Under the pieces are notes generated by a model. It did not search any database. It was given only the letters and a program-made list of their open reading frames with translations, and was not told the origin of the DNA. 64,000 nucleotides of DNA, taken from assembly GCF_964355755.1 (NCBI RefSeq), contig NC_092671.1, positions 22,828,070-22,892,069 on the forward strand. The letters run 5' to 3'. Made by a program: the position numbers and the translations under genes. Of this stretch, positions 12,232 through 24,039 are shown in pieces. How positions within the stretch are numbered: position 1 is the stretch's first letter; each line of letters starts with the position of its first letter. The stretch comes from Antedon mediterranea. Lineage: Eukaryota > Animalia > Echinodermata.

Positions 12232-13752
12232 CTGGAGAGGGTAATCTGACTATATTCAATATTTATGGTATGTATTTATTTATTATAACAGTTCCATTGG
12301 TGATTTGAAATATTGATTTTGGAACAAGGGATATCATCAACAAAACCACAAGTACTGGTACAAGTTATAAACAATACCAGACAAATCTATAGACTCTCAG
12401 TTGTGGATATTACATGCATTAGGGCAAGAGGTCAGATATGGCATTTCTGTTTGCTTTAAAACAAAACATTTAATTACAGTAAATATAAAAAGGCATACTG
12501 TGAACAATTTGAAACAAATTTCAAGTCTGTGTGACCATTAGTTACCGAGATATGATGATAGAAGGTCAAAGGTCAAACGGTCAGAAATGGCATTTTCAGT
12601 CATTTCTGGTCAAAATATTCCATTAGAGTAAATAGAAATATGTACCTTACAAACATTTTAAGATTAAAACCAAGTCTCTACGATTAGTGGTTGCCGAGAT
12701 ACAAGTACTTGATAGCATAAGTGGCCATTTTGAAAAAGCGCCCCCAGCGAATGAAAAACGCGTTTAGAATTTGGACAACAAGTTGGAAGTTGTTCGTTGT
12801 GATGTCCTTGATCACTTAAAAGTGAAAAATCAAACTTGGCTAAATATATGAAGTAAAATACAAATGCTGCCTGACTAGTCAGGCAGCATTTGTCACTATA
12901 TTAACTTTACTTCATATATTTAGCCAAGTTTGATTTTTCACTTTTAAATGATCAAGGACATCACAAGAAACAACTTCCAACTTGTTGTCCAAATTCTAAA
13001 CGCGTTTTTCATTCGCTGGGGGCGCTTTTTCAAAATGGCCGCCTATGCTATCAAGTACTTATATCTCGGCAACCACTAATCGTAGAGACTTGGTTTTAGT
13101 CTTAAAATGTTCGTAAGGTACATAATTCTATTCACTATAATGGAACATTTTGCCCTAAAATGACCGGAAATACTATTTCTGACCATTTAACCTTTGACCT
13201 GATCTTATCATATCTCAATAACTATTGGTCAGAAAGAGTTGATATTTATCCCAAATTTTTCAGAAAATACATGTTTTTATTTGCTTTAATGCAAAGGTTT
13301 GTTTCAAGATGGCCGGAAAAACCATATCTGACCTTTGACCATAACCTGTGTGATATCCACAACATGTTGGTTATAGATAACATTTTTCGACAGATTGCTC
13401 AGAACATCCATATTTGTAACACATTATTGATTTTTCAATTATTGATGCTTTAAAACATTCACTTAAGCTTGGAAATTAAAGTTTTAAAATAAATAAAAGC
13501 TACTCATTATCTCCATACATAATCCTAGCCTGTGATTGGCTGAAAGTTCAAGCAGATTAGATTTCATGAGTTTAAATGGTAAGTGTTTTTTAAACCGATT
13601 TAAACAGTGTTTGCTGGGAAATCATACTTATTATTAGTACATATACATTTACTTGTATAATAATGTACCTATGCTGATATAAATGTTGTACAGAGAGGCC
13701 TTAGTTAAATAGTTATAAACTATAGTTCCAGTCTAGGCCTTGTCGCTAACAC

Positions 13753-15687
13753 CAGTGGTGGCGCCAGCGGGGGGGCTACGGGGGCTGTAGCCCCCTCGTC
13801 GGGGAGCCTAGCCCCCCACGTCGGGGAACGCGAGTACTTTTCGTCGGGGAATATAATATAAAGTAAAAATCATTCGCGTTCACTTCGTAGCTTCAGCGAC
13901 TAGAAAACCACGAAGTTCCATTTTTGTTAAGTACGTCGGAGGGCTATTACACTTAATATTATGCATGCATTATTGCCAGCGATCTAATAAACAATAGGTA
14001 TGCACTTGTCTGGCGGTGTCCCTTTGTACGAATCGTTTAACATTGGGCCCGGCCCATTGCGGTTTACGCGTGATATCATGTTCCACCCAGGGACCAGAAT
14101 GTGTACTGTAGTTACTTTCCAGGCGAAGTTTACTGACGCGTTACGTCGTGTACTGTGTATCGACAGCAAAAGGGTACGAATTATCTTCGTGATCTACGGT
14201 ATTTTATTGTTCGTATGTTCAATTTTTTTAATTTACGATTACCGTGGGGTACTGTAGGCTCGGCCTACATTACTAAACAAAAAACATGCCATTTTCGTTT
14301 AGCCAACATCTTATTACATTTCCAATGTCCTGTATGTCATGAACTGCTCGTACATCGAAATTCGAGATTCACATTTGGGAAATAAACTGATTTCCCCGAC
14401 GGAAAATGGTCTACGCTTGTGGATGCATTCCCCTCCAAATAAAAGGTAAAAAGGGTAACTTGTTTAGGCCTCTATGTCTGAATTTTTTTAAAGTATAGGT
14501 GTAATTTTTGAAGACCTGCATCTCTAGTTTCCAAAATTGTCTTAGCTCAACCGTCCCCAATTATTGAGCTGGTCATGTATACTTACCGTACATTTTGTTT
14601 CATATTTCGATGTACAATATACAGTCAGTGCATTGAACCTAGAGCTCTATTTTTTCAATTTGTTTATATATCCATGGTAGGGCTGGTTCTGGAGACGTAC
14701 CGGTATATATCTTGTTTATGCTTCGAAGTATAATAAGTAAAATTTCCGGGACCTAGCAACTCTATTTTTCAGAATGTTCTTAGCTCCACCCCAACCATGG
14801 TGGGCTGGACCTATAATTTCGTTTCATATTTCAATGTTTTGCAGGGACCTAGCAGCTCTATTTTTGACAATTTTCTTAGCTCTGGTTCTGTAGACTTATA
14901 ATTTCGTTTCATTTATCAATATGGGCCTATATAAGTGCAATTTCCAGGTACCTAGCAGGTCTATTTTTCACAATTTTCTTAGCAGCTCAACCATAATGGT
15001 AGGGCTGGTCCTGGAGCCTTATATATTTTGTTTCTTTTTTTCGAAATACTATAATCCAATATCCGGGGACCAAACAACTCTAGTTGTTTAAATGTCCTTA
15101 GCTCCATCTCAACCTCGGTGGGCTTGTTCTCTGATAGACTTGTAATTTCGTTTTATATATCAATGTATAATTGCAATTTCCGGGGACCTAGCAGCTCTAT
15201 TTTACAAAATTTTCTTACAGATCAGGCCATGGATATCTCGCGCATTTACAATTTTCGCACCCCCAGACAGCAACCTGCCTACGTCTCTGCGATTATAACG
15301 ATATACCTCTTGGCCCGTGGGTAGGTTTTACGTTCACGTATATTTTCTATGATAGGCATATTGAACTTTAAAAACTTCATTTTTAAATTTGAAAGAATGG
15401 ATTTACACAGTCATCGTACCGGACCTCTTGCAATGTGTTTTTCACACAGTATTTTATTTATGTACCATACAAAATTGAAAAAATTGGCTACCCTAAATCT
15501 GATTAAAACGGCCTCAAATTACGCTATAACGTGTTGCTTCCGGGGGCTCCCCCTCCCCCCACCAGGGGCCCTTGGCGGCCCCCTGGCCCCCAGCCAAGTG
15601 ATGCTCGCTTCACTCGCATAGCCCCCCTCCCCCACCCCCGTCGGAGAATTTAGCCCCCGCGTCGAAAAGATCCTGGCGCCACCCCTG
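13753..15687. mobile_element. Non-autonomous hAT-like element nested in Academ copy 2
   Basis: Duplicate of 8527-10461 with the same GCTAACAC TSD. Confidence 0.9.
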
Positions 15688-15774
15688 GCTAACACCTAGC
15701 AAACAATGCTAGCCTGGTGAGATCCCCGTAGAACTCAGTGACAAGCCAACTCAGTGCCTGGCATGGTAACCTCC

Positions 15775-17457
15775 GATGATGTCAGTCAAACGATTGAAAA
15801 GCGAGACCAATTAGGAAAAGAAGCATTGGATAAAATTGTGACTTAACGAGTGGTTGAAAAAACCGTAAAATTTTGGGACCCTCAAAAGAAAAACAACTTC
15901 TCTTATTTCAAGGATGTAGGAGCAGTGGTGAAAACCAAAATTAAAGGTCAACTAATATAGTTTCAATTAAGCAAGAGAGAAAGATGCTGTCTAGATTGTT
16001 AGTTGTGGCAAAGAGCAGGCCAGAGTTCGCTCTAAAGGATGTCATAGGCAACTATGAGTTCAATAGCACTCCACCATCAAATTTCCATCCAGATGGAAGA
16101 ATGGTATTGCAGTCAATAACAGAACTCCCTCTACCAGATAATGTCAGCAGGCCTGTACAGAAAGATGATAAAAAGCAGCATCAATCCTAATTATTGATGG
16201 AATGTGTGTCGTCAATATGGTAAAGAAGGTGTCTGAAAAGTTCAATGCTTCTGACTTTGCATCTGAATTTGTTAACCTGATTGTTGGTATGAGCAAACCA
16301 TATGATGAAGTTCGTCTTTTATTTGATCAATATCTATCAGGATCTTTAAAAGAATCTACACGAGATAAAAGAAAACAGAAAACAACTACCATTCACTACC
16401 ATGTCAATGACAACACTGAGATTAAGAACATTAAGACATTTTTATCGCACAAAGAGACCAAAGCTGAACTTACAAAATATCTGTCAGAGAAGATACCTAA
16501 TCACTTCAAGAACAACACGAAGAAGGTCCTAGCAACACATCACACGTCCATGATGGCAAACTGCAATCTCTCAGAAGTTATCATGATGCCAGAGATGACA
16601 CACGGACAAACACACATTGGAAGAAGGGGACCAACTGGTCTTATTGTATGCCTTTGATTGTATGAACAAAGACCCAGGTGCCAATGTTGACCTATTTTCT
16701 GTAGATACTGATGTCTTTATCCTTTTAACAGGAAGCTATCCTCTACTTCCTCCAATGACCACATTTTGTAGGAAAAGAGGGGAAAAAATACCTATATGGC
16801 AATGCTATTACCGACTTTGAAAACAAATATCAGCAGCACTGATTGGATGGTACGCATTAGGTACAGATAACATAGGTACATTTGCTGGAAAAGGAGTGTC
16901 CACCCATTTCAAAGCACTTATGAAATGTGACGATGAAATACTAGATGCATTTGCTGTATATGGACTGACCTCTGAAATACCAAATTGGATTTTCAGGCAA
17001 ATGGAAAGATATGTTTGCATATTATACAGTACTTCTAAGATCATGGCAGATTATGTCACAGACTTGAGATGGATGTTATTTGCACCGAAAGGCAAGGAAG
17101 GACAACAATTACCTCCAACCATGGGAACTCTTAGACCACACGTGGAAAGAGCATACTACATGTCTATTGTATGTAATTCATCATGCAAGCCAACTCCATC
17201 TATTCCACCAGCAACTGACTACTCCCTGGCAACTAGAAGATGGTCACTTGAAGCCGGTATTTTTCAACAATCCACCAGCACCAGAAGCTCTTCTAGAAAT
17301 TCGTCGATGTACCAGCAATGGTTCATGTTCAACAAATCGCTGTAGTTGTAAGAAAAACAACTTGCTCTGTACTGATGCATGTGAGTGTGGTGATGGATGT
17401 GAGAATACAAAGGACTGGAATGTAGAGCTAGTAGACGATATCGATGAACTTTATTGA
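15775..17457 (+). pseudogene. Academ XPG-like/Cys8 pseudogene, copy 2
   Basis: Same disrupted frames as 10549-12231. Confidence 0.82.
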
Positions 17458-18140
17458 CTGGAGAGGGTAATCTGACTATATTCAATATTTATGGTATGTA
17501 TTTATTTATTATAACAGTTCCATTGGTGATTTGAAATATTGATTTTGGAACAAGGGATATCATCAACAAAACCACAAGTACTGGTACAAGTTATAAACAA
17601 TACCAGACAAATCTATAGACTCTCAGTTGTGGATATTACATGCATTAGGGCAAGAGGTCAGATATGGCATTTCTGTTTGCTTTAAAACAAAACATTTAAT
17701 TACAGTAAATATAAAAAGGCATACTGTGAACAATTTGAAACAAATTTCAAGTCTGTGTGACCATTAGTTACCGAGATATGATGATAGAAGGTCAAAGGTC
17801 AAACGGTCAGAAATGGCATTTTCAGTCATTTCTGGTCAAAATATTCCATTAGAGTAAATAGAAATATGTACCTTACAAACATTTTAAGATTAAAACCAAG
17901 TCTCTACGATTAGTGGTTGCCGAGATACAAGTACTTGATAGCATAAGTGGCCATTTTGAAAAAGCGCCCCCAGCGAATGAAAAACGCGTTTAGAATTTGG
18001 ACAACAAGTTGGAAGTTGTTCGTTGTGATGTCCTTGATCACTTAAAAGTGAAAAATCAAACTTGGCTAAATATATGAAGTAAAATACAAATGCTGCCTGA
18101 CTAATACGCAAGCCACAAAAATGACAGAAAGAAAGAAGAA

Positions 18141-18336
18141 CTAGACATGAAACTCGTCACTTTGATGCACGTTTTTGTTGAAAAAGTTTCAAAATATTGC
18201 CAAAATTATGCCTATTTTTAATCTATTATAGCTCCTCAGGATCAATGGTTACTGTCGTGTTCTGTATGCTGACGTTAATACAAGAACCATCAATAAACAA
18301 TGTTTCAGTTATAAAGCGCCTATGTATTTTAATATG
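18141..18336 (-). mobile_element. 3' end of a HINE/Helentron-like element
   Basis: ctagacatgaaactcgtcactttga is the reverse complement of the hairpin+CTAG terminus seen at 29048-29077. Confidence 0.65.
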
Positions 18337-18486
18337 TTGGAAGAATTTTATCTGGTTGTGGAATAGGTATTACATAAAATTTCTTTTTGAACAACCAAAA
18401 ATAGTATAAGCAAACTTACAGTACGTTTCGAAACCTATCAGGTTTCATTCTCAACTGGCGTTTCATCGTCTAGCGTTGTTAATCCC

Positions 18487-19728
18487 ATGACGACGATGAG
18501 TTGGTATAGCGCCACCAACAGGTCCAAAAGGACTGAAAATGTACCACGCCTCTATTGCTTACCCAAAGTACACAAACCAAATTGGCCCATCCGACCAATT
18601 GTTGACAGTATTAACACCATTTTCTACGGAGTGTCACGCTACATTAAGGAAATCCTCAAACCCCTAGTAGGCAACTCAAAACATCATGTTGAGAACTCCA
18701 AACAGCTAGCGAAGGAAATTAGGAACATAAACATCCCTCCTAATGAAACACTAATATCATTTGATGTTGTTTCTTTGTACACAAAAACACCAGTAAAAGA
18801 AGCAGTAAAAACCGTAGAACATTGCCTAAAACAGGACAAGCAACTTAACACAAGACCAAAATTAGAAGTGGTTGACATCATTGAGCTATCACTGATTCTC
18901 AACGCCACTTATTTCAGTTTCAAAGGCAAAATATACAAACAAAAGGAAGGTTTAGCGATGGGCAGTCCCATCAGCCCCATCATAGCAAATTTGTTTATGG
19001 AATGGTTAGAGTCGGAGGCGATTGCTACAGCACCAATGGAATTCAAACCCTCCATACGGTATCGCTATGTCGATGACATTCTTGCCAGCATTCCCTTGCA
19101 TGCAGCTACTGATCTAAACACTCACTTAAACAACATTGACACTACCCAAAACATTAAATTCACCACCGAATGCATGTCTAACAACACCATTCCTTTTTTG
19201 GACATTCTTATAACACTACAAAGCAACCGATCATTAACAACTTCAGTCTACAGAAAACCGACACACACAGATCAGTATTTAAATTTCAAGTCAAATCACC
19301 CATTACAACACAAACTCAGTGTTATTAATACGCTTGTGGACAGATGTGAAAACATAGTTTCAACACCTGAAGGACAGAAACAGGAAATGGACCACATCAG
19401 ACCGGCTTTGAAGAAATGCGACTACCCAGATTGGACATTCAAGAAGGTAGAAAAACAACGACTCCAAAAACAGCAACGACAGCTTGATCAAAATCGCAGC
19501 AAAGGTACAACATCTACTAAAGAAAAGTCACGTTGTAATATCGGGATCCCATACACAAAAGGTCTGTCTGAACGCATAAAAAGAGTATTCAACCAACATC
19601 AAATTGACACCTTTTTCATCCCATCTAATAAGATCAGGCAAAACCTCGTTCATCCGAAAGACCGCATCGAAAAAGATCAAGTATGCGGTTGCATCTACAA
19701 ACTACAATGTTTGAACTGTCCACAGTAG
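18487..19728 (+). CDS. Penelope-type reverse transcriptase with start of GIY-YIG domain (truncated)
   Basis: LYCLPKVHK..PIRPIV, SFDVVSLYT, GLAMGSPISP, RYVDD, PFLD, VYRKPTHTDQYL, GIPY, GCIYKLQCLNC. The stop codon is the TAG terminus of the inserted Academ. Confidence 0.9.
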   Translation: MTTMSWYSATNRSKRTENVPRLYCLPKVHKPNWPIRPIVDSINTIFYGVSRYIKEILKPLVGNSKHHVENSKQLAKEIRNINIPPNETLISFDVVSLYTKTPVKEAVKTVEHCLKQDKQLNTRPKLEVVDIIELSLILNATYFSFKGKIYKQKEGLAMGSPISPIIANLFMEWLESEAIATAPMEFKPSIRYRYVDDILASIPLHAATDLNTHLNNIDTTQNIKFTTECMSNNTIPFLDILITLQSNRSLTTSVYRKPTHTDQYLNFKSNHPLQHKLSVINTLVDRCENIVSTPEGQKQEMDHIRPALKKCDYPDWTFKKVEKQRLQKQQRQLDQNRSKGTTSTKEKSRCNIGIPYTKGLSERIKRVFNQHQIDTFFIPSNKIRQNLVHPKDRIEKDQVCGCIYKLQCLNCPQ

Positions 19729-20684
19729 TAGGCCTGTTAAGTGACCCAATCCTTCAAATTGTGATAACATTCTGAAACTTTGCACAGTTATTCATTAGGG
19801 TGTCAAAAATATGAAATGGAAGGGTTGCACAAAATTTGGTCAGGGGAAAGCCGCCATTTTGGATTTCAAAATGGCGGACCCAAATTTTTCACTTTTCAGG
19901 TATATCTCTGCTAAATAGGCACCTAGAGTTCTGAATTTAGGTGCAAATTATATGGTAATGGGGTCACCCAACATATTGGTATAACTAACATTTTAATTGC
20001 ATGGCGGCCATTTTGGATTTCAAAATGGCGGACTTCAAATTTTTCACTTTTCAGGTATATCTCTGCTAAATAGGCACCTAGAGTTCTGAATTTAGGTGCA
20101 AATTATATGGTAATGGGGTCACCCAACATATTGGAATAACTAACATTTTAATTCCATGGCGGCCATGTTGGATTTCAAAATGGCGGATTTCAAATTTCCT
20201 TTTTTCAGGTATATCTCTGCTAAAAAGGCACCTAGAGTTCTGATTTTAGGTGCAAATTATATGTTAATGGGGTCACCAAACATATTGGTATAACTAACAT
20301 TTTGATTGCACGGCGGCCATTTTGGATTTCAAAATGGCGGACTTCAAATTTTCACTTTTCAGGTATCTCTGCTAAAAAGGTACAGAGTTCTGATTTTAGG
20401 TGCCAATTATATGGTAATGGGTAACCAAACATATTGGTATTTAACTGACATTTTTATTGCATGGCGGTCATTTTGAATTTCAAAATGGCGAACTCAAAAT
20501 GTTTCAGTGCGGTACCTACAGTTATAATTTTAGGTAGGCCTACAAAGTATAATATAATATTGAGGTCAACAAACATATTAGTATAACGTCATTGATTGCA
20601 TGGCGGCCATTTTTAATGTAGCTCAACCCGTACTGGCTTTACACTATTTGTTTATGTTCATAATTACATGCATTTAACACGGAC

Positions 20685-21733
20685 ACTTATTGTAGGTCAC
20701 ATTTTCCCTGGCAACCACACAGCTCTGTACATCGTAAATCACTCTTTCTGCATTTACAGCATCCAAGATCACAGTCGGTGTGTCCAAAGCGAATTAAAAC
20801 CTTTGTGACATCTGAAAGTTCTCCAAGCAATGAACTCCAAGCTGGACTAAATTTGTTGCCTTCCTTCCTCTATCCCCAGTTCGCTGGGTCCTGTCCAACC
20901 CTGAATGCATCTAGACAGTCGTACCACTTCCTGGCTTCCGTTTCACATGTTCTCTTAATGCCGCAGATGTTGGGGGATATTTTCAATAGTCTTTCTCTTG
21001 TTGTAAAAAGATATCGTATTGCATCATTAAATGTTCTGCAGTAGACATACTTACAACAAACTGTTCTAGATAATCTGTGTCTGTTTCACTAACAAGCCCT
21101 ACAGACAATGACATCCTCTCAAAAACTGGAGTAATACATGGCATCTTTTTCGAAGTCTCGTTAAATGTAGCTTTACCTTTTCCTTAAACAGATGAAGTTC
21201 TATCACAACCGCTAATGGTATGAAAGAACAAGTAAGCGGCTGATGCTTGTGATCCAAGAAAAGAAGCAATCTCGTGTATTGGGATGTACTTCAAGTGCTT
21301 CCCCACTCCAAACTCGATCAGAAGCTTGTGAATGCCAGGTATTCTGTGGAAAGCTGACAACAACATCACTGTGTACAGTCTTGACAATGCGTGGAAAATT
21401 TCAGCGGCAAGTTTAACGTGAACAAACATACGTTCACCTGCCTCTTCTATGTTACATGGCATAGGCGATTGTATATTTACTGGTTTGTTACAGCTCTGTC
21501 TCCCAAAGACCCTACAAACATTCCGTGATTTGTGCCAATGTTCTCTACTACTTCAGTTACAATAAATGAAAACAACTCTGATTTGTTGTCATCAAATCTA
21601 AAAAATGTGGTCCAATTGTTGGGCATGCTCCCGCTGGCTTTAACGACCCTCTTTACACCAGAAACGCGGTTTGAACGCGTACCAGACTTTAAACTGTCAT
21701 TTATCTATCGAAAAACAAATCTAGTCGTGTCAC
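20685..21733 (-). pseudogene. Academ XPG-like/Cys8 C-terminal remnant, left arm
   Basis: LKSGTR, NWTTF...NKSELF, CNIEEAGERMFVHV, FGVGKHLKYIPIHEI, FHTISGCD, then a terminal Cys cluster. Disrupted. Confidence 0.8.
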
Positions 21734-21744
21734 TGATCGAAGTT

Positions 21745-22614
21745 GACACAAATCACGGAATGTTTGTAGGATCTCTAGGAGACAGAGCTGCAACAAACCA
21801 GTCTGTAAATATACAACTGCTGATGCCATGTAACATAGAGGCAGATGAATGTATGTTTGTTCATGTTAAACATGCCGCTGAAATTTTTCCGCGCATTCTT
21901 GTCAAGACTGTAGACAGTGATGTTATTGTTATTGCATTGTCAGCTTTCCACAGAATACCTAGGATCCACGAGCTTTGGATCGAGTTTGGAGTGGGGAAGC
22001 ACATCCCAATACACGAGATTGTTTCTTCTCTTGGACCACAAGCATCAGCCGCTTACTTGTTCTTTCATTCCTTTAGCGGTTGTGATACAACTTCATCCTT
22101 TCAAGGAAAAGGTAAAGCTACATTTAACCCGACTTGGAAAAAGATGCCATGAATGACTTCAGTTTTCGATAGGATGTCATTGTCTGTAAGGTAAAGTGTC
22201 GAGACCTAAGCTAATGATAATGGCCGTGGTGCCATCTCCATTTCTTTAGCGTTTGAGCCAGACTCCACTAAGTGTGTATGTTTGTGGGGGTACGCCACTC
22301 CTCCTGCACAAACGAGTCTGATTTACGTTCCCAGTACCTTTTTCTATCATCCGGGTGAGGAGGAACAATGTGGATAAAGAATCTTGCTTAAGGACTCAAC
22401 ACTGCAGTGACCGACCGGGCTTGAACCAGCAACCTCTTGATTGCAAGTCCAATGCTCTAACCACTGCGCCACAGTGCTCCACATCTCAGATGTCACAAAG
22501 GTTTTAATTCGCTGTGGACACACCGACTGTGATCTTGGACGCTGTAAATGCAGAAAGAGTGATTTACGATATACAGAGCTGTGTGGTTGCCAGGGAAAAT
22601 GTGACCTACAATAA
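21745..22614 (+). pseudogene. Academ XPG-like/Cys8 C-terminal remnant, right arm, disrupted by a SINE
   Basis: CNIEADECMFVHVKHA, VKTVDSDV, HSFSGCDTTSSFQGKGK. Inverted copy of 20685-21535. Confidence 0.8.
22188..22482 (-). mobile_element. tRNA-derived SINE (possible CORE-like domain)
   Basis: Minus strand has A box TGGCGCAGTGGTTAG, B box GGTTCAAGCCC, then gagtccttaagcaag and a ctttacctta tail. Confidence 0.8.
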
Positions 22615-23436
22615 GTGTCCATGTTAAATGCATGTAACTATAAACATAAACAAATAGTGTAAAGCCAGTACAGTTTGAGCTACGTTCAAAATGGCCGGCG
22701 GCGGCAATGCAATCAAAGAAGTTACCCATTACCATATCATTTGCACCTAAAATCAGAACTCTAGGTGCCTCTTTAGCAGAGATATACCTGAAAAGTGAAA
22801 ATTTGAAGTCCGCCATTTTAAAATCCAACATGGCCGCCATGCAATCAAAATGTTAGTTATACCAATATGTTTGGTGACCCCACTACCATTATAATTTGCA
22901 CCTAAAATCAGAACTCTAGGTGCCTTTTTAGCAGAGATATACCTGAAAAGTGAAAATTTGGGGTCCGCCATTTTGAAATCAAACATGGCCGCCATGCAAT
23001 CAAAATGTTAGTTATACCAATATGTTTGGTGACCCCACTACCATATAATTTGCACCTAAAATCAGAACTCTAGGTGCCTTTTTAGCAGAGATATACCTGA
23101 AAAGTGAAAATTTGGGGTCCGCCATTTTGAAATCAAACATGGCCGCCATGCAATCAAAATGTTAGTTATACCAATATGTTTGGTGACCCCACTACCATAT
23201 AATTTGCACCTAAAATCAGAACTCTAGGTGCCTTTTTAGCAGAGATATACCTGAAAAGTGAAAATTTGGGGTCCGCCATTTTGAAATCCAAAATGGCGGC
23301 TTTCCCCTGACCAAATTTTGTGCAACCCTTCCATTTCATGTTTTTGACACCCTAATGAATAACTGTGCAAAGTTTCAAAATATTATCACAATTTGAAGGA
23401 TTTGCCTAAAATATGCATCTTAACATGCCTACTACA

Positions 23437-23826
23437 GGGGAAACAGGGAGGGCTTTAAAAACACGCATAAAAGAACATCGCACAGACACAGAAAACAACA
23501 CGGGAGGGATTTTAACCAGGGCTCAAAGATCGTCTACATCATCAATCATACATAAATCTGCAATAACAGATCATGCACTACAACACAATCACCTCATTGA
23601 TTGGAACGCTGCTATCCTTGAGAAAGAATGCAACACTCAAAAAAGGCAAATAAAAGAGTCGATCAACATCAGAAAATATGGAAAAATCATGAACAGAGAT
23701 GAAGGAGCCCACGAATTGTCACACATTTATGATCAACTATTGGAGAAGGGGGCACGTCCTTTTGGACCTATTGGTGGCGCTATACCAACTCATCGTCGTC
23801 ATGGGATTAACAACGCTAGACGATGA
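23437..23826 (+). pseudogene. GIY-YIG endonuclease C-terminal part of the Penelope ORF
   Basis: GETGRALKTRIKEH, SAITDH, HLIDW, RQIKESINI, MNRDEG. Confidence 0.85.
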
Positions 23827-23831
23827 AACGC

Positions 23832-23870
23832 CAGTTGAGAATGAAACCTGATAGGTTTCGAAACGTACTG
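23832..23870 (+). ncRNA. Minimal hammerhead-ribozyme-like motif in the Penelope pseudo-LTR (antisense copy at 18419-18457)
   Basis: cagt-TGAGAAT-[gaaacc tgata ggtttc]-GAAACGT-actg. Stems and GAAA box sit where Penelope-type hammerheads occur, but the core deviates from CUGANGA. Confidence 0.55.
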
Positions 23871-24039
23871 TAAGTTCGCTTATACTATTTTTGGTTGTTC
23901 AAAAAGAAATTTTATGTAATATTTTAATATGATTCCTAAAATCATTCGACAATCTGAAAATGTTATTTCCTTTAAACGTGAACTTTAACTCCAGTTAATA
24001 TTGTTCGTACTATGTATATATATATATATATATTTTTTT

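Larger units (their letters stand above)
7650..12877 (+). mobile_element. Academ (AcademX-type) DNA transposon, internally deleted, copy 1
   Basis: Termini TAGTCAGGCAGCATTTGT...ACAAATGCTGCCTGACTA and ~300-bp imperfect TIRs. 3-bp TSD ATA (7647-7649, 18104-18106) flanks the whole dimer. Carries XPG/PIN-like nuclease and Cys8 remnants, the described hallmarks of AcademX. Confidence 0.85.
12876..18103 (+). mobile_element. Academ DNA transposon, copy 2 (tandem, offset 5226 bp)
   Basis: Near-identical to 7650-12877. One substitution seen (10942 T vs 16168 A). Shares the TA at 12876-12877 with copy 1. Confidence 0.85.
19726..23434. mobile_element. Fold-back Academ element with ~1.7-kb inverted arms
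   Basis: Termini TAGTAGGC(C/A)TGTTAAG...CTA. 3-bp TSD CAG at 19723-19725 and 23435-23437. ~120-bp subterminal tandem repeats in both arms. XPG/Cys8 remnants on both strands. Confidence 0.88.
18337..23919 (+). mobile_element. Penelope-like retroelement, 5'-truncated with inverted pseudo-LTR, interrupted by an Academ fold-back element
   Basis: RT plus GIY-YIG coding sequence. 18368-18531 is an inverted copy of ~23758-23921. A 12-bp direct repeat TATTTTAATATG flanks it at 18325-18336 and 23920-23931. Confidence 0.9.

Noticed and set aside
7650-18103. Tc1/mariner interpretation with a TA TSD
   Set aside because: The host repeat consensus (gagATAcgc) is restored only with a 3-bp ATA TSD and TAG...CTA termini, as in the other Academ elements.
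21532-22152. 206-aa ORF as a real gene
   Set aside because: Its first third is antisense Academ sequence fused by the fold-back junction to the sense remnant.
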